From an uncultured Thermococci archaeon (GTDB taxonomy: Archaea; Methanobacteriota_B; Thermococci; Thermococcales; Thermococcaceae), in assembly GCA_964615185.1 (NCBI GenBank), contig CAZTOS010000002.1, positions 34,305-81,653 on the forward strand: a DNA stretch of 47,349 nucleotides, written 5' to 3'. The notes beneath the pieces were generated by a model. The model was not told the DNA's origin. It saw only the letters and a list, made by a program, of their open reading frames with translations, and did not search any database. Shown piece after piece: positions 1 to 9,335 of the stretch. The number at the start of each line of letters is the position of its first letter. Positions within the stretch are counted from its first letter, which is position 1. The translations under genes were made by a program, and so were the position numbers.

Positions 1-171
1 ATTGCCGTTGACAAGAAGGGCAGGATTGTCGTTGACTCAAGGCATATGACAAGCAAGGAAGGAGTGTTTGCTGCTGGTGACGTTGTCATTGGACCGTCAA
101 AGGTTGGTAGGGCTGTGTTGGATGGACTGCTGGCTGCTGAAAGCATGCACATGTGGCTTCTTGGGAGGTGA
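1..171 (+). CDS. 3' end of FAD/NAD(P)-dependent oxidoreductase (glutamate synthase small subunit/SudA-like), partial
   Basis: Frame 1 reads IAVDKKGRIVVDSRHMTSKEGVFAAGDVVIGPSKVGRAVLDGLLAAESMHMWLLGR*; TSxxGVFAAGD is the C-terminal FAD motif; TGA at 169-171. Confidence 0.85.
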   Translation: MAVDKKGRIVVDSRHMTSKEGVFAAGDVVIGPSKVGRAVLDGLLAAESMHMWLLGR

Positions 172-176
172 TTAAA

Positions 177-683
177 ATGGCAAGGAGAATTCTTCACGTT
201 GATTATAGCTTATGTATTGGATGTGAAACCTGTCAAAGCGTTTGTGAGTTTATTCACCATGGGAAACCCAATATAAGGATTTACTACACGGAATCAGGTC
301 TGCCAATTCCAATAAACTGTAGACACTGTGAGAAAGCCCCATGTATGAATGTATGTCCATCAAATGCTATCTACAAGGACACCGATGGTGCGGTAGTCAT
401 TGATCCCAAGAAGTGTATTGGCTGTCTTATGTGTCTTGCCGTTTGTCCCTTCGGTGCTCCAAGCTATGATGCAAGGGTTAAGGTGGTCACAAAGTGTGAC
501 ATGTGTGCTGACAGAAGAAGGGTCGGCTTAGAGCCCGCGTGCAGTGAAATGTGTCCAGCAGAGGCAATATTCTTCGGAAGACCGGAGGAAGTTGAGGATG
601 AAATAAGAAGAAGAACAGCAGAAAAGATTGCAAGGGAGAGGATTTCTTCCACCGTCATGGAGAGCATTGGAAGAATTCTCTAA
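177..683 (+). CDS. 4Fe-4S dicluster electron-transfer protein (HycB/CooF/DmsB-like)
   Basis: CIGCETC, CRHCEKAPC..CP, CIGCLMC..CP, KCDMC..PAC..CP motifs; GGAGGTGA RBS before ATG 177. Confidence 0.9.
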   Translation: MARRILHVDYSLCIGCETCQSVCEFIHHGKPNIRIYYTESGLPIPINCRHCEKAPCMNVCPSNAIYKDTDGAVVIDPKKCIGCLMCLAVCPFGAPSYDARVKVVTKCDMCADRRRVGLEPACSEMCPAEAIFFGRPEEVEDEIRRRTAEKIARERISSTVMESIGRIL

Positions 684-1632
684 AAGCATCTATTAGGTTG
701 TCGTTTTCTTCTCTTTTTCTCACACTGAAGCGGATGTATTCTGGCAGACCAAAAGAGGTGCAGTCTCTAACTGCTATTCCCCTCTTCTTGAAGAATTCAA
801 CTGCTCTTTTTGCATCTCCAACATTTTTTATGAAGAAGTTCGCATCGCTTTTGACATCAAGGGCTTTTTCTATTCTTTCTTTTTCTTTCCAGATTAGTGG
901 CATTGTCTTCTTTAAGTGCTGAAATTCATCTTTGATAATGAACTCTAAAAAAGCATAGCCTGAAGAGCCAATACTCCAAGGCATTCTGACGCTTTTGAAT
1001 GCTTCGCTGAAGCCAATAACATAGCCAACTCTGATTCCGGGCAAACCGTAACTTTTTGTAAATGTTCTCAGCTTTACAATGTTTTCTCCTTCTGGGCTTT
1101 TTGCATTTTTTATGAAGTCTATAAAAGCTTCATCCAGGACAAGGAGTGAATCTGTATCCTCCACTGCTTGAATTAAAGGTTTAAGTTTTCTTGGGGAATA
1201 ATAATAGCCATCAGGATTGTTGGGATTGCAAAAGAAGACAATACTACTTTTATCAACTCTTTCAGCCACTGCATTTGGATTATTAGGGGTCTTTATAACT
1301 TCGGCACCAAAAATTCTTGCAATCCTCTCATATTCCTCGTAGGTATGCTCTGGGATAATTACCTTCCTTCTTTCTTTCATCGTAAGGATGCCAAGTAAAT
1401 ATAAAGCCTCAGTTATCCCTGCTGTGACTGTTACGTTTTCGCCAATCAAATTCGAGAGTTCCTCCTCAAGCTTTTCCCAATAAATGTAGCGATTGCTTAA
1501 GGCTTTAGCACGTTCAACCATATCATCGACCCATTCTGGAAGGTAGGGATTTAAAGAGGCGGAAAAATCTAACAGTCCCTCTTCTCTTGCGCCGCCGTGA
1601 TGGGCTTTAAATTTAACTGGTTTAAGCATCAT
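655..1632 (-). CDS. cobD: L-threonine-O-3-phosphate decarboxylase (PLP class I/II aminotransferase fold)
   Basis: HHGG...LLDFSASLNP start, CNPNNPDG, DEAFIDF, RTFTKSYGLPGIRVG; cob cluster context. Confidence 0.85.
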   Translation of the reverse strand: MMLKPVKFKAHHGGAREEGLLDFSASLNPYLPEWVDDMVERAKALSNRYIYWEKLEEELSNLIGENVTVTAGITEALYLLGILTMKERRKVIIPEHTYEEYERIARIFGAEVIKTPNNPNAVAERVDKSSIVFFCNPNNPDGYYYSPRKLKPLIQAVEDTDSLLVLDEAFIDFIKNAKSPEGENIVKLRTFTKSYGLPGIRVGYVIGFSEAFKSVRMPWSIGSSGYAFLEFIIKDEFQHLKKTMPLIWKEKERIEKALDVKSDANFFIKNVGDAKRAVEFFKKRGIAVRDCTSFGLPEYIRFSVRKREENDNLIDAFREFFQCSP

Positions 1633-1970
1633 ATTTCCTCCAGCAAGCTGATTACAGCGTTCTTTAATTCGGGAAGCTGCTTTTTAATAATCACCCAAAC
1701 TATGCTCAAATCAACACCAAAATAATGATGGATAACTACATTTCTTAATCCAATCACGCGCTTCCATGGAATTTCAGGATGTTGCGTCTGTATATTCTCG
1801 GGAATATGCTTGGCAGCTTCTCCAATTATCTCCAGATTTCTCAAAACAGCATCAACAGTTTTTCTGTCTTTTGTAAAGGTTTCGAAATCATATCCTTCTG
1901 TATATTCCTCAATTCGTTCAATACTTTCCAGTATGTCCTGAAGAAAAAGCCGATAATCCCTTTTAGACAT
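1629..1970 (-). CDS. HepT-like (DUF86/HEPN) ribonuclease toxin
   Basis: DAVLRNLEIIGEAAK and RNVVIHHY (Rx4HxY) motifs; directly downstream of an MNT gene. Confidence 0.9.
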   Translation of the reverse strand: MSKRDYRLFLQDILESIERIEEYTEGYDFETFTKDRKTVDAVLRNLEIIGEAAKHIPENIQTQHPEIPWKRVIGLRNVVIHHYFGVDLSIVWVIIKKQLPELKNAVISLLEEI

Positions 1971-2259
1971 AAACAATGTCCCTCCTAATTTGTTCCCACA
2001 GCCTTTTTCGGCTTAATGCAGCGTTTTTAGTAATCAAATCAACCCTAATTCCAAGGATCTCCTCGAGATACTCTTTTAAATCTACAATCTCCCAACCAAT
2101 TGGTCTCTCAAACTCAACGAGGATGTCAACATCACTAAGCTCATTGGCTTCTCCTCTCGCATATGATCCAAAAATTGCAATCTTTTTTACACCAAATCTT
2201 TTATGGAGTTCATCTTTATGCATGCGCAGAATTTTCTCAATTTCCTCAAGGGACTTCAT
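1963..2259 (-). CDS. Minimal nucleotidyltransferase (MntA-like) antitoxin
   Basis: FGSYARGEANELSDVD (GSx10DxD); start placed at MKSLEE after AGGGGAT (alternative start 2274). Confidence 0.9.
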   Translation of the reverse strand: MKSLEEIEKILRMHKDELHKRFGVKKIAIFGSYARGEANELSDVDILVEFERPIGWEIVDLKEYLEEILGIRVDLITKNAALSRKRLWEQIRRDIVYV

Positions 2260-2270
2260 AACTATCCCCT

Positions 2271-3158
2271 TCATTTATTGTACAAAAACGATTTAACGAT
2301 TTCGGATATAAGTATAAAAGCCATCCATTCTCCAACTACAATCCAATAAATCTTTAAGGCTCTTCTAATATCTTCCAATGTCGGTTCTTTCCCCTCAAAT
2401 CTATAAACACCTTTTTTCTCAAGCCAAACCCCTAAAACGGCACTCATAGCTGATATTGGCTTATCACTATTTATCTTGAACTTAGCTTTTCTCCAGTATT
2501 CTATGACCTTCCTTGGATTAAAGGGTAAGAATAGCAAAACAGTAATGCGGGCTGGAATGAAATTAAGAAAATCATCCAAACGGGCGGCAAACTTGCCAAA
2601 ATAAAGATAGCGTTCATTTTTGTATCCTATCATGGCATCGAGGGTGTTTACAGCTCTATAAATTAGGGCACCACTTAGGCCAAAGATGAGATAATAGAAC
2701 AGAGGGGCAACTATACTGTCCGTTATATTTTCCGCTAAGCTTTCAATTGCCGCTGAATTTAAATGAGCCCTATCCAGGTTTGATACATCTCTGCTCACAA
2801 TCAACCTCACGTATTTTCTCTGCTCCTCAATATCCTCCTTTATTGTATTTTTCACATGCTGAGCAAGGCTTTTGATAGCAAAAGAGCTCTTTAGGAGGTA
2901 AACACTCAAAGCAAAGCCTATCCATTTAGGTAAAAACTCTGGAAGCCTCGAAAGAGCAAAAGCAAACGCAATCACAAATAGGGAAGCAAAAGTTCCTACA
3001 GCAAAATCTAAAGCTGAGCTCCTCCTTTTGCAACGCCTATCAAAAAAGCCGATTAGCTTACCAAACCACACTGTAGGGTGAAGCAAAACGGAAGGCTCAC
3101 CCAGAGTTAAGTCCCAGATGATGGCGAGTATGAATATCCAGATGTACTCCATGTCCAT
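2271..3158 (-). CDS. cbiB: Adenosylcobinamide-phosphate synthase
   Basis: [53 protein letters not shown]. Confidence 0.92.
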   Translation of the reverse strand: MDMEYIWIFILAIIWDLTLGEPSVLLHPTVWFGKLIGFFDRRCKRRSSALDFAVGTFASLFVIAFAFALSRLPEFLPKWIGFALSVYLLKSSFAIKSLAQHVKNTIKEDIEEQRKYVRLIVSRDVSNLDRAHLNSAAIESLAENITDSIVAPLFYYLIFGLSGALIYRAVNTLDAMIGYKNERYLYFGKFAARLDDFLNFIPARITVLLFLPFNPRKVIEYWRKAKFKINSDKPISAMSAVLGVWLEKKGVYRFEGKEPTLEDIRRALKIYWIVVGEWMAFILISEIVKSFLYNK

Positions 3159-3167
3159 CCTGAATAG

Positions 3168-3184
3168 CTGGATATTTTGTCCTT
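3168..3184. promoter_or_regulatory. Putative cobamide-regulon operator, copy 1 (cbiB promoter)
   Basis: CTGGATATTTTGTCCTT between a TTAAAA element and the cbiB start. Confidence 0.6.
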
Positions 3185-3335
3185 TTAACTTTTGAGTTTC
3201 TTTTGTTGTTCACTCACGAGAGCTTTTTAAGGACGAGCATTTTAAGCTCGCCAACTCTTCCATTTCCTTCCTAAATCTTTCGTTTTCCCCCTCAAGCTCT
3301 GAAGTTCTCTTTGAATCTCAAGCAGAAATGAGGAT

Positions 3336-3812
3336 TTAACCCCTTTCCCAGAATTCCTCCGGGACGAGCTTGATGATGTCCTTCACCGTTCCAAAGTCCT
3401 CGTCGAGAGTGGCGAGCTTGTCGCAGTTGTACTCTAAGGCTGTAGCAAGAATTCGTGCATCATGAGGAAGAAGGGAATAATCGTAAACAAATGTAGCAAC
3501 AGTCAGCCAATCCCTTGAATCTGAAACGATAAGCACATTTTTCACATCAACGAGAGCAAGAATATCGGATATTGTGTTCGACGCACATCTCTTGAATTCT
3601 GCGTCTCTTCTGAGTAGCCTTTTAACTCCCCAAATTGAAGAAACACCGTAATTTTTCTCTGCAATCTTTCGAATTAGGATGTAAAAAAGTTCGTCAATCA
3701 CAGTGTCTGAAGTTAATTTTCCTTCTCCAGAATCTAGTATGTTAACCGCGTACTCTGTAAGTTTGGTCTCTACTAAATAGTTATAAAGAACACTCGAATC
3801 AATGAATATCAC
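3336..3812 (-). CDS. vapC: PIN-domain (VapC) toxin
   Basis: IFIDSSVL, DE, LLPHDARILATA, LATLDEDF acidic tetrad. Confidence 0.88.
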   Translation of the reverse strand: MIFIDSSVLYNYLVETKLTEYAVNILDSGEGKLTSDTVIDELFYILIRKIAEKNYGVSSIWGVKRLLRRDAEFKRCASNTISDILALVDVKNVLIVSDSRDWLTVATFVYDYSLLPHDARILATALEYNCDKLATLDEDFGTVKDIIKLVPEEFWERG

Positions 3813-3982
3813 TGCTCATACACCTCAAGTTTGTATTTTTTAAACTCATTAGTACTCCCTTTTCCGAACATACCGGGATGAATTTCCTTTTTCTTTTCTT
3901 CAATCAGCTTTCTAAATTCAAGGGCTTCTTTAAGCAGGTGAGAGTATAATTTTAATGCTTTCTCATGTGCTATCTCCGACAT
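3809..3982 (-). CDS. Putative VapB-type antitoxin
   Basis: Small charged ORF overlapping the PIN start (GTGA), AGGTGA RBS, C-terminal EVYEQ typical of Thermococcales antitoxins. Confidence 0.65.
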   Translation of the reverse strand: MSEIAHEKALKLYSHLLKEALEFRKLIEEKKKEIHPGMFGKGSTNEFKKYKLEVYEQ

Positions 3983-4103
3983 AAGTATCACCTACATTTT
4001 TAAATTTGAGTTAAACGGATAAAACATTTTCCATCAAGTTCTTTCTCTTCAGAAAAGGAGAACATCTGATTGTGACTAAAAAATTTCAAATTTTCCTTGT
4101 GAA

Positions 4104-5522
4104 TCAGAAGTACATATGTTTTGATATACTTTCTTCTCTCCCTATCAAATCTTCAAGATCAAACACCAGAAAACCCTTCTCCAAAAAATGCTCCTTATCC
4201 TCAACGCTCCTGGCGATAACACCCAACCGGAGGCTTCCGGTAGAAGGCAAAAGTTTGGACTTTTTCTTGAGCTTCCTGAGAACTCTTGAGACATCGATTT
4301 TTCTCAAATCACTCCACTTAACTTCAAACAATGCAATATTCTCCCTATCATACGCAACAACATCTATTTCCTCTCTCTTATGCCACCAGCGGCCAACTCT
4401 CAGAGGTTTAAAGCCCAGATTTATCCGCTTAACGAATTCAAGGGCTGCCCTCTCATACGTTTTTCCAACAAAGGCGGAAAAGTTCCTTTCCAAATCATCG
4501 AGCACTAAATCAAGGTTTCCTTCCTCCAGGTATGTGTAGTTGTGATAGACGAATCGGAACCAGAAGTTGAAGAACTCATCAGCAACTCTGTATGCTACTT
4601 TCCTTGTCTTTCGCGGATCTTCGGTGGCGGGCACTTCTTTCCTCAGGTATTCGTAATGATTGGTCAGTTCACTGAGATACTTGCCTACGGTGAGAAGCTT
4701 AAGCCCGGTCTTGTCGCTTATCTCCTTTGGTGTAACATAACCAAGACTGACAGCCTCCAGTATCGAGAAGTACGAGCGGTAAAATCTGCCAAATTCGAGC
4801 TTGAGAGTATTTAAGCCTTCTTCACGGAGAGGGGCAAACTCATCAAAAAAGAGGTTGTTGAGGGTTTCAGCCACGTTTCCTGTGTAGTATCTCTTCAGAT
4901 AAAGAAGGTACCGAGGCATGCCGCCGAGAGCAGAGTAAAGCTCAACAAAATAATCAGGGGGTACATCAGCAAAGGTATTCACAAAATCATAGGCAGTCCA
5001 GAAGTCAAACGGTCTCAGCTTTATCCACTCATCAACCCTGCCAAAAAGCGGCTCCTTGTTATCCATGAAGATGCGCTTCATCATGCCAACGTATGATCCC
5101 ACCGCAATGAGCATAAGATTGGAATTCCCTTTCATGTCCCACAGCTTTTGAAGGGAAGAGAAGAAAGAGGGCTTAACTGAGCGGAAGTTCTGAAACTCAT
5201 CAAAGACAACGACGAGTTTTCGTTCCTTAGAAAAGTTAAGCAAAAATTCAAAGAGCTCTTCAAGGGATGAAAATTTTGGTTTAACATAGCTCGGAAGGTG
5301 TTCACCGAGAACGGTTTCTACCTCCTTCAAATATTCTTCAATCAGCATTGTTTCATCCTTCTCCCCAACAAAAAAGTAAAGACCAAGCTTACTCCTGAGG
5401 AACTCTCTAACGAGCGCTGTTTTTCCTACTCTTCTGCGCCCATAGATGAGGACGAAAGTTGAACCCGGGTGGGCGTAAATTTTTTCAAGCTTCTCAAGTT
5501 CAGCATTCCTGTTGTAGAACAT
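4104..5522 (-). CDS. Archaeal ATPase (AAA + wHTH + DUF234 PD-(D/E)xK-like domain)
   Basis: MFYNRxxE, YGRRRVGKT, VFDEFQ, GGMPRYL, GRWW..EEIDVV..EVKW. Confidence 0.88.
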   Translation of the reverse strand: MFYNRNAELEKLEKIYAHPGSTFVLIYGRRRVGKTALVREFLRSKLGLYFFVGEKDETMLIEEYLKEVETVLGEHLPSYVKPKFSSLEELFEFLLNFSKERKLVVVFDEFQNFRSVKPSFFSSLQKLWDMKGNSNLMLIAVGSYVGMMKRIFMDNKEPLFGRVDEWIKLRPFDFWTAYDFVNTFADVPPDYFVELYSALGGMPRYLLYLKRYYTGNVAETLNNLFFDEFAPLREEGLNTLKLEFGRFYRSYFSILEAVSLGYVTPKEISDKTGLKLLTVGKYLSELTNHYEYLRKEVPATEDPRKTRKVAYRVADEFFNFWFRFVYHNYTYLEEGNLDLVLDDLERNFSAFVGKTYERAALEFVKRINLGFKPLRVGRWWHKREEIDVVAYDRENIALFEVKWSDLRKIDVSRVLRKLKKKSKLLPSTGSLRLGVIARSVEDKEHFLEKGFLVFDLEDLIGREESISKHMYF

Positions 5523-5543
5523 ATTACCCACCAAGTATATTAC

Positions 5544-6286
5544 TCATTTGGTAATATTTAAGCTTTTCCTTATAACCTCATACTCTCCCAGCATCTCATC
5601 ATTTGGCTCTCTCAAGCCTCTGCGCACATACCAGGCTGGATGTCTCAAATAGACAGCATCAAAGCCAATTCTTTTCAACGCTTTTTCTGCTGTCCTGCCC
5701 AGAGCAAACATTGTTCCTGGTCTTAAAATTTCAAGCTCTTTCCTGAGAAGAGAAAGCTCTCGCTTATCGAATCCCTTGAGCTTATTCTCCAGAGGATTGC
5801 ACTTGACGACGTTGGTGATGTATAAAAAATCGGGGTTTATTCCGAGAGAGAATAGAGCCCTTCTGAGCAGCATTCCAGAAGCATCTCTATAGAAGCATAT
5901 TCCCGCGTATCCACATCCCTTCCTTCCCGGAGCTTCTCCAACTAAAACAACTCTCGAACCAACCCAGCCATTGGCAAAAGGCAAGCCCTCAAACTGCTTA
6001 ACTTTAAGCTGGTACTCGTAATATTCTTTGTGGCAGAACTTGGTGGGATTTTTAAGCAATTCATTGTACAGCTCCACAAGTTTGAATGCTTTTTGCTCAT
6101 CTTTCTCGCTTTTAATTAAAAAGCGCTCTTTTGGATTGTAGATAGTCTTGGCATAAAGCCCATACGTCTTTTCATCCAGAGAGAGCAAATCTCTCCAGGT
6201 TCTCAGAGACAGAGGCATATTTTGAAATTTCTTGGGTTTATGTAAATTTCGCCGACCCTCTTTAAGCTCTCAAACATCAGCAGCAT
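5544..6286 (-). pseudogene. Uracil-DNA glycosylase superfamily protein with an apparent 1-bp frameshift near the 5' end
   Basis: VGEAPG, TNVVKCNP, ALGRTA, HPAW motifs in 5544-6218; upstream ATG 6286 (MLLMFESLKRVGEIYINPRNFKI) is 68 nt away, out of frame, and has a TATA at leaderless spacing; could be a sequencing error. Confidence 0.7.
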
Positions 6287-6287
6287 A

Positions 6288-6304
6288 AAGGATAAAACGT
6301 CCAG
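6288..6304. promoter_or_regulatory. Putative cobamide-regulon operator, copy 2 (divergent UDG-like / Zn-ribbon-DUF71-cobZ promoter)
   Basis: AAGGATAAAACGTCCAG; reverse complement CTGGACGTTTTATCCTT matches copy 1 at 14 of 17 positions; next to TTTATAA at 6309-6315. Confidence 0.6.
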
Positions 6305-6328
6305 CGTGTTTATAATTTTGGTGGTGTT

Positions 6329-6577
6329 ATGGAGACGAAAAAGTGTCCCCTCTGTGGAGGAACAATGATAAAAGGGAAGAACCCACAGGAAGGATACGCG
6401 GTGTATTTCTGGAAAGCTCCTTGGAAAAAAGGACTAAAGGCGGCATTCACCGGCACAGTCAAGGCATATCCATGGCTTTGCATTGATTGTGGCGCAATAA
6501 TACCATACGTTGATGAGGCAGAGCTTCAGAAGATAAGGGAGGAATATGAGCAGGCAAAGTTGGAGGGAAGCTTTTGA
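6329..6577 (+). CDS. Small zinc-ribbon protein
   Basis: CPLCGG...CIDCG; GGTGGTG RBS; overlaps the next start codon. Confidence 0.8.
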   Translation: METKKCPLCGGTMIKGKNPQEGYAVYFWKAPWKKGLKAAFTGTVKAYPWLCIDCGAIIPYVDEAELQKIREEYEQAKLEGSF

Positions 6578-7215
6578 GAGGTATAGCTTTCTTTTCAGGC
6601 GGCAAAGATGGGCTTTATGCAACATATCTATCTGAAAAACAAGGAATTGAAATTCCCTACCTTTTGGCACTGAAAACTACAATCGGGACTTCACCGCACT
6701 ATGAAAACTTAAGCGAGCTGAAAAAGCTTGCAGATGCAATGAATAAGGAGCTCTTAACCTTTGATATGGCCAAAGGAAGTGAAGCCCTATCTGAGTTTAT
6801 AGCATCCCTTGGTGTTGATTACATAATTGCTGGGGATGTCCTACTTGAAGACCATCTAAAGTGGGTTGAGTGGTTCGCTGAGAAGAGCGGAACAAAAGCT
6901 TTAGAGCCGCTATGGGGAAGGAACACATTTGAGCTTGCGAAGGATATGATAAACGCTGGCTTCGAGTATTCAATAATTGCCGTGAATAAGGAAAAGCTTT
7001 CCAAAGAGTGGCTTGGCTACACATTTCGCTCAATTAGAGATTTGGAGCAATTTTTGAAGGCAAATCCTAATGTTGACCCTGTCGGAGAATTTGCAGAGTT
7101 CCACACGGTGGTTTTGAAATGTCCGCTATTTGAGAAAAGCTTTGAGCTAAAGCCAGCGGAAGTTAAGGAGAGTGAAAGATATTGGTGGCTGAGGTTCAGG
7201 CTGGTGAGAGCATGA
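6574..7215 (+). CDS. DUF71/Dph6-paralog PP-loop ATP pyrophosphatase associated with B12 salvage
   Basis: FFSGGKDG PP-loop, AGDV, EPLWG, DPVGEFAEFHT. Confidence 0.82.
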   Translation: MRGIAFFSGGKDGLYATYLSEKQGIEIPYLLALKTTIGTSPHYENLSELKKLADAMNKELLTFDMAKGSEALSEFIASLGVDYIIAGDVLLEDHLKWVEWFAEKSGTKALEPLWGRNTFELAKDMINAGFEYSIIAVNKEKLSKEWLGYTFRSIRDLEQFLKANPNVDPVGEFAEFHTVVLKCPLFEKSFELKPAEVKESERYWWLRFRLVRA

Positions 7216-7661
7216 AAGCTGAAGAAATTCTTCGAAGACTTGAACAAAAAGGTATAACCCTCGAAAAGATGCTCGACACAGCTATGGAGCTTTACATTGG
7301 TGATGATGCTGAAAAAATTAGAGAGAAGCTTAGGTCTATGATGCTCCATTATCTCACTGACATCAACGTGCAATCACTATTAATAGCCGCCATTCTGCTT
7401 GAGGAGAACTTTAAAGTCGAAGGGGATCCGGTTAATTTGATTGCAGATGAGTTGATTGGCATCAACCTTGCAGAATACATCGGCGGAAAGATGGCGCTCT
7501 TCAACTTCTTTTACTATGACACCAAAAAGCCGGGAATCTTAAAAGAGCTACCTCCATTTTTGGATGACGCAATTGGGGGATTCATAGCCGGTTGCATGAC
7601 AAAACTCTTCGAGACTACCTCAGCCGGGAGTCCCAGCGAAGAAAGAGAAACAGAAATATGA
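7212..7661 (+). CDS. cobZ: Alpha-ribazole phosphatase (archaeal CobZ)
   Basis: DINVQSLL, DPVNLIADELIG, YIGGKMALFNFFYYDTKKPGIL, PFLDDAIGG; GGTGAG RBS and ATGA coupling. Confidence 0.85.
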   Translation: MKAEEILRRLEQKGITLEKMLDTAMELYIGDDAEKIREKLRSMMLHYLTDINVQSLLIAAILLEENFKVEGDPVNLIADELIGINLAEYIGGKMALFNFFYYDTKKPGILKELPPFLDDAIGGFIAGCMTKLFETTSAGSPSEERETEI

Positions 7662-7779
7662 AGAGAAGCGTAATGTAATAACTGACCATAAAAGGCAAAA
7701 TTCCAGCTAAGCCGAGTGTGTATACGAAGGCGAGAACCAACACAATGACAAGCAAGATTCGATAGTGTTCCTTCTTCAT
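7615..7779 (-). CDS. 54-aa two-TM membrane protein (not in the ORF track)
   Basis: MKKEHYRILLVIVLVLAFVYTLGLAGILPFMVSYYITLLFIFLFLFLRWDSRLR*; its TATA lies on the far side of the IS. Confidence 0.7.
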   Translation of the reverse strand: MKKEHYRILLVIVLVLAFVYTLGLAGILPFMVSYYITLLFIFLFLFLRWDSRLR

Positions 7780-7793
7780 TGCACAAATAGTTG

Positions 7794-8567
7794 GATACTG
7801 TCAGGATAACTTTGGCATCACCTTCTGAAGCCATTCAGTAACATCACCAGGAGGAGCATTAAACCGAGAATGACGCCGAGCAAAATTATACCAGAAAGCA
7901 AACAGAAAAACAAACCTGTGAATCCTCTTCCAGTCCCTACTCCTGAAATTATTCCAGAAACGCTTTGTTCTTTCTTTAACAGTCCTGAACCAGCGCTCAA
8001 CACTGTTCCTCAGCCCGAAAGTCACATGCAAGTAATCCAGCCCCAGACTGTTAAACGCTGATTTATACCAAGGCCCGCCATCAGCCAGAAAAATTGGCCG
8101 CCCCTCACAGGAATTCAAAACAATCAGGAGGAAATCTCTGGCAATCCACCAGTTCCTGGTTGTTGTAATCCAGACTGCAAGCTGCTTTCAACGTCAATGG
8201 CAGCCCAAAGGTATCTTTTCTTCCCGTTGATTTTTATCACTGTCTCGTCAACTGCAATAAAATTCCTGTGTTTCTTTACTGCGAGAGTTTTCGGCGTGTA
8301 AACGGATTCTGCGAGTTTTTGAAGTGTCTCCCAGACTGTTGTGTGGCTGATTTCCAAGATTTCTGCGACTTGCCTGTAACTGAGGCCTCTCAAGTATAAT
8401 TCTACTGCCCTGATTTTCTTTTCTGGTGGGATTTTGTTGCGGCGAAAAGGTTTTAAGGCTGAAAACAGCAAGTAAATAATGATTTCAGCCTTCATGGTTC
8501 CCCTTTCTTTTCTGAAGAGGCATCAGAAACTTAAGCCTAACGTCCTACTACTTATCCTGACAGTATC
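7794..8567 (-). mobile_element. IS6-family insertion sequence (774 bp)
   Basis: Perfect 16-bp terminal IRs GATACTGTCAGGATAA (7794-7809 / 8552-8567); 8-bp target duplication AATAGTTG (7786-7793 / 8568-8575). Confidence 0.95.
7801..8495 (-). pseudogene. IS6 DDE transposase, frameshifted
   Basis: HTH and IAVDETVIKING..LWAAIDVES in one frame; LAVWITTTRNWW..LADGGPWY..RNSVERWFRTVKER in another; shift near 8180-8185. Confidence 0.9.
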
Positions 8568-8636
8568 AATAGTTGGAGGAAATTTTTTATAAAACTTGCT
8601 TGAGATCATGCAACTTTTTAAGCAAAAGATGACAAC

Positions 8637-9335
8637 CTAATCTTCCCTAAACTCAATAGCAAAAATCAACATTAAGCATAAAATCAACCAAAACCCCAAT
8701 GATGTGATAGACAAACCCGCATATTGTGGATGCCTGTATGCCATTAGGTGTGATGCGCTGACGGTGGGCACCAATAGGAGAACATAGCGCAATTTCTCGG
8801 GTGCGAGAGTTAGGGGGTAATAAACCGGAAGAAAAACCGTTAGCAGGGTTGTTAAAACCGTTGACAACCTCATAACCGTAAGTGGTTCCCTAATTTTGAC
8901 GCCCATGTACATTCCGAGAGTTGTGCTCCATATCCACAAAGAAATCACACTTAACATTACATATTTTATATGAGAAAACCCAAGCTTTGCAAGGAGAATG
9001 AGGATGAGTATTATCAAATATGGCAGGGCTGGTAAGCTCATACCTATCGATATTCCGAGCATCTTCTCTGCTGAATTTCCGGGTAGGGTCATTATTATAT
9101 CATAAAATTTTGAACGAACTTTCATTCCCACTAATTCTATTGGAAGGTCTGCCATTCCAACCCCGACAATGAAGCTAACAACAGCTCCCGCAATAGCTGA
9201 TGAAAGAAATCTGCCTTCGCTAATCACATAAACGATGAAGATGAATGAGATCGGCTGTATGGCAAAACTTAAGATTGAGCTTTTGCTCTTCATTAGTGCA
9301 TTTTTATGATACTCAATTATTGCCCAAATGCTCAC
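8637..9335 (-). CDS. ABC-2 type exporter permease
   Basis: About 6 TM segments, PVYYP motif, start overlaps the ABC ATPase stop. Confidence 0.85.
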   Translation of the reverse strand: MSIWAIIEYHKNALMKSKSSILSFAIQPISFIFIVYVISEGRFLSSAIAGAVVSFIVGVGMADLPIELVGMKVRSKFYDIIMTLPGNSAEKMLGISIGMSLPALPYLIILILILLAKLGFSHIKYVMLSVISLWIWSTTLGMYMGVKIREPLTVMRLSTVLTTLLTVFLPVYYPLTLAPEKLRYVLLLVPTVSASHLMAYRHPQYAGLSITSLGFWLILCLMLIFAIEFRED

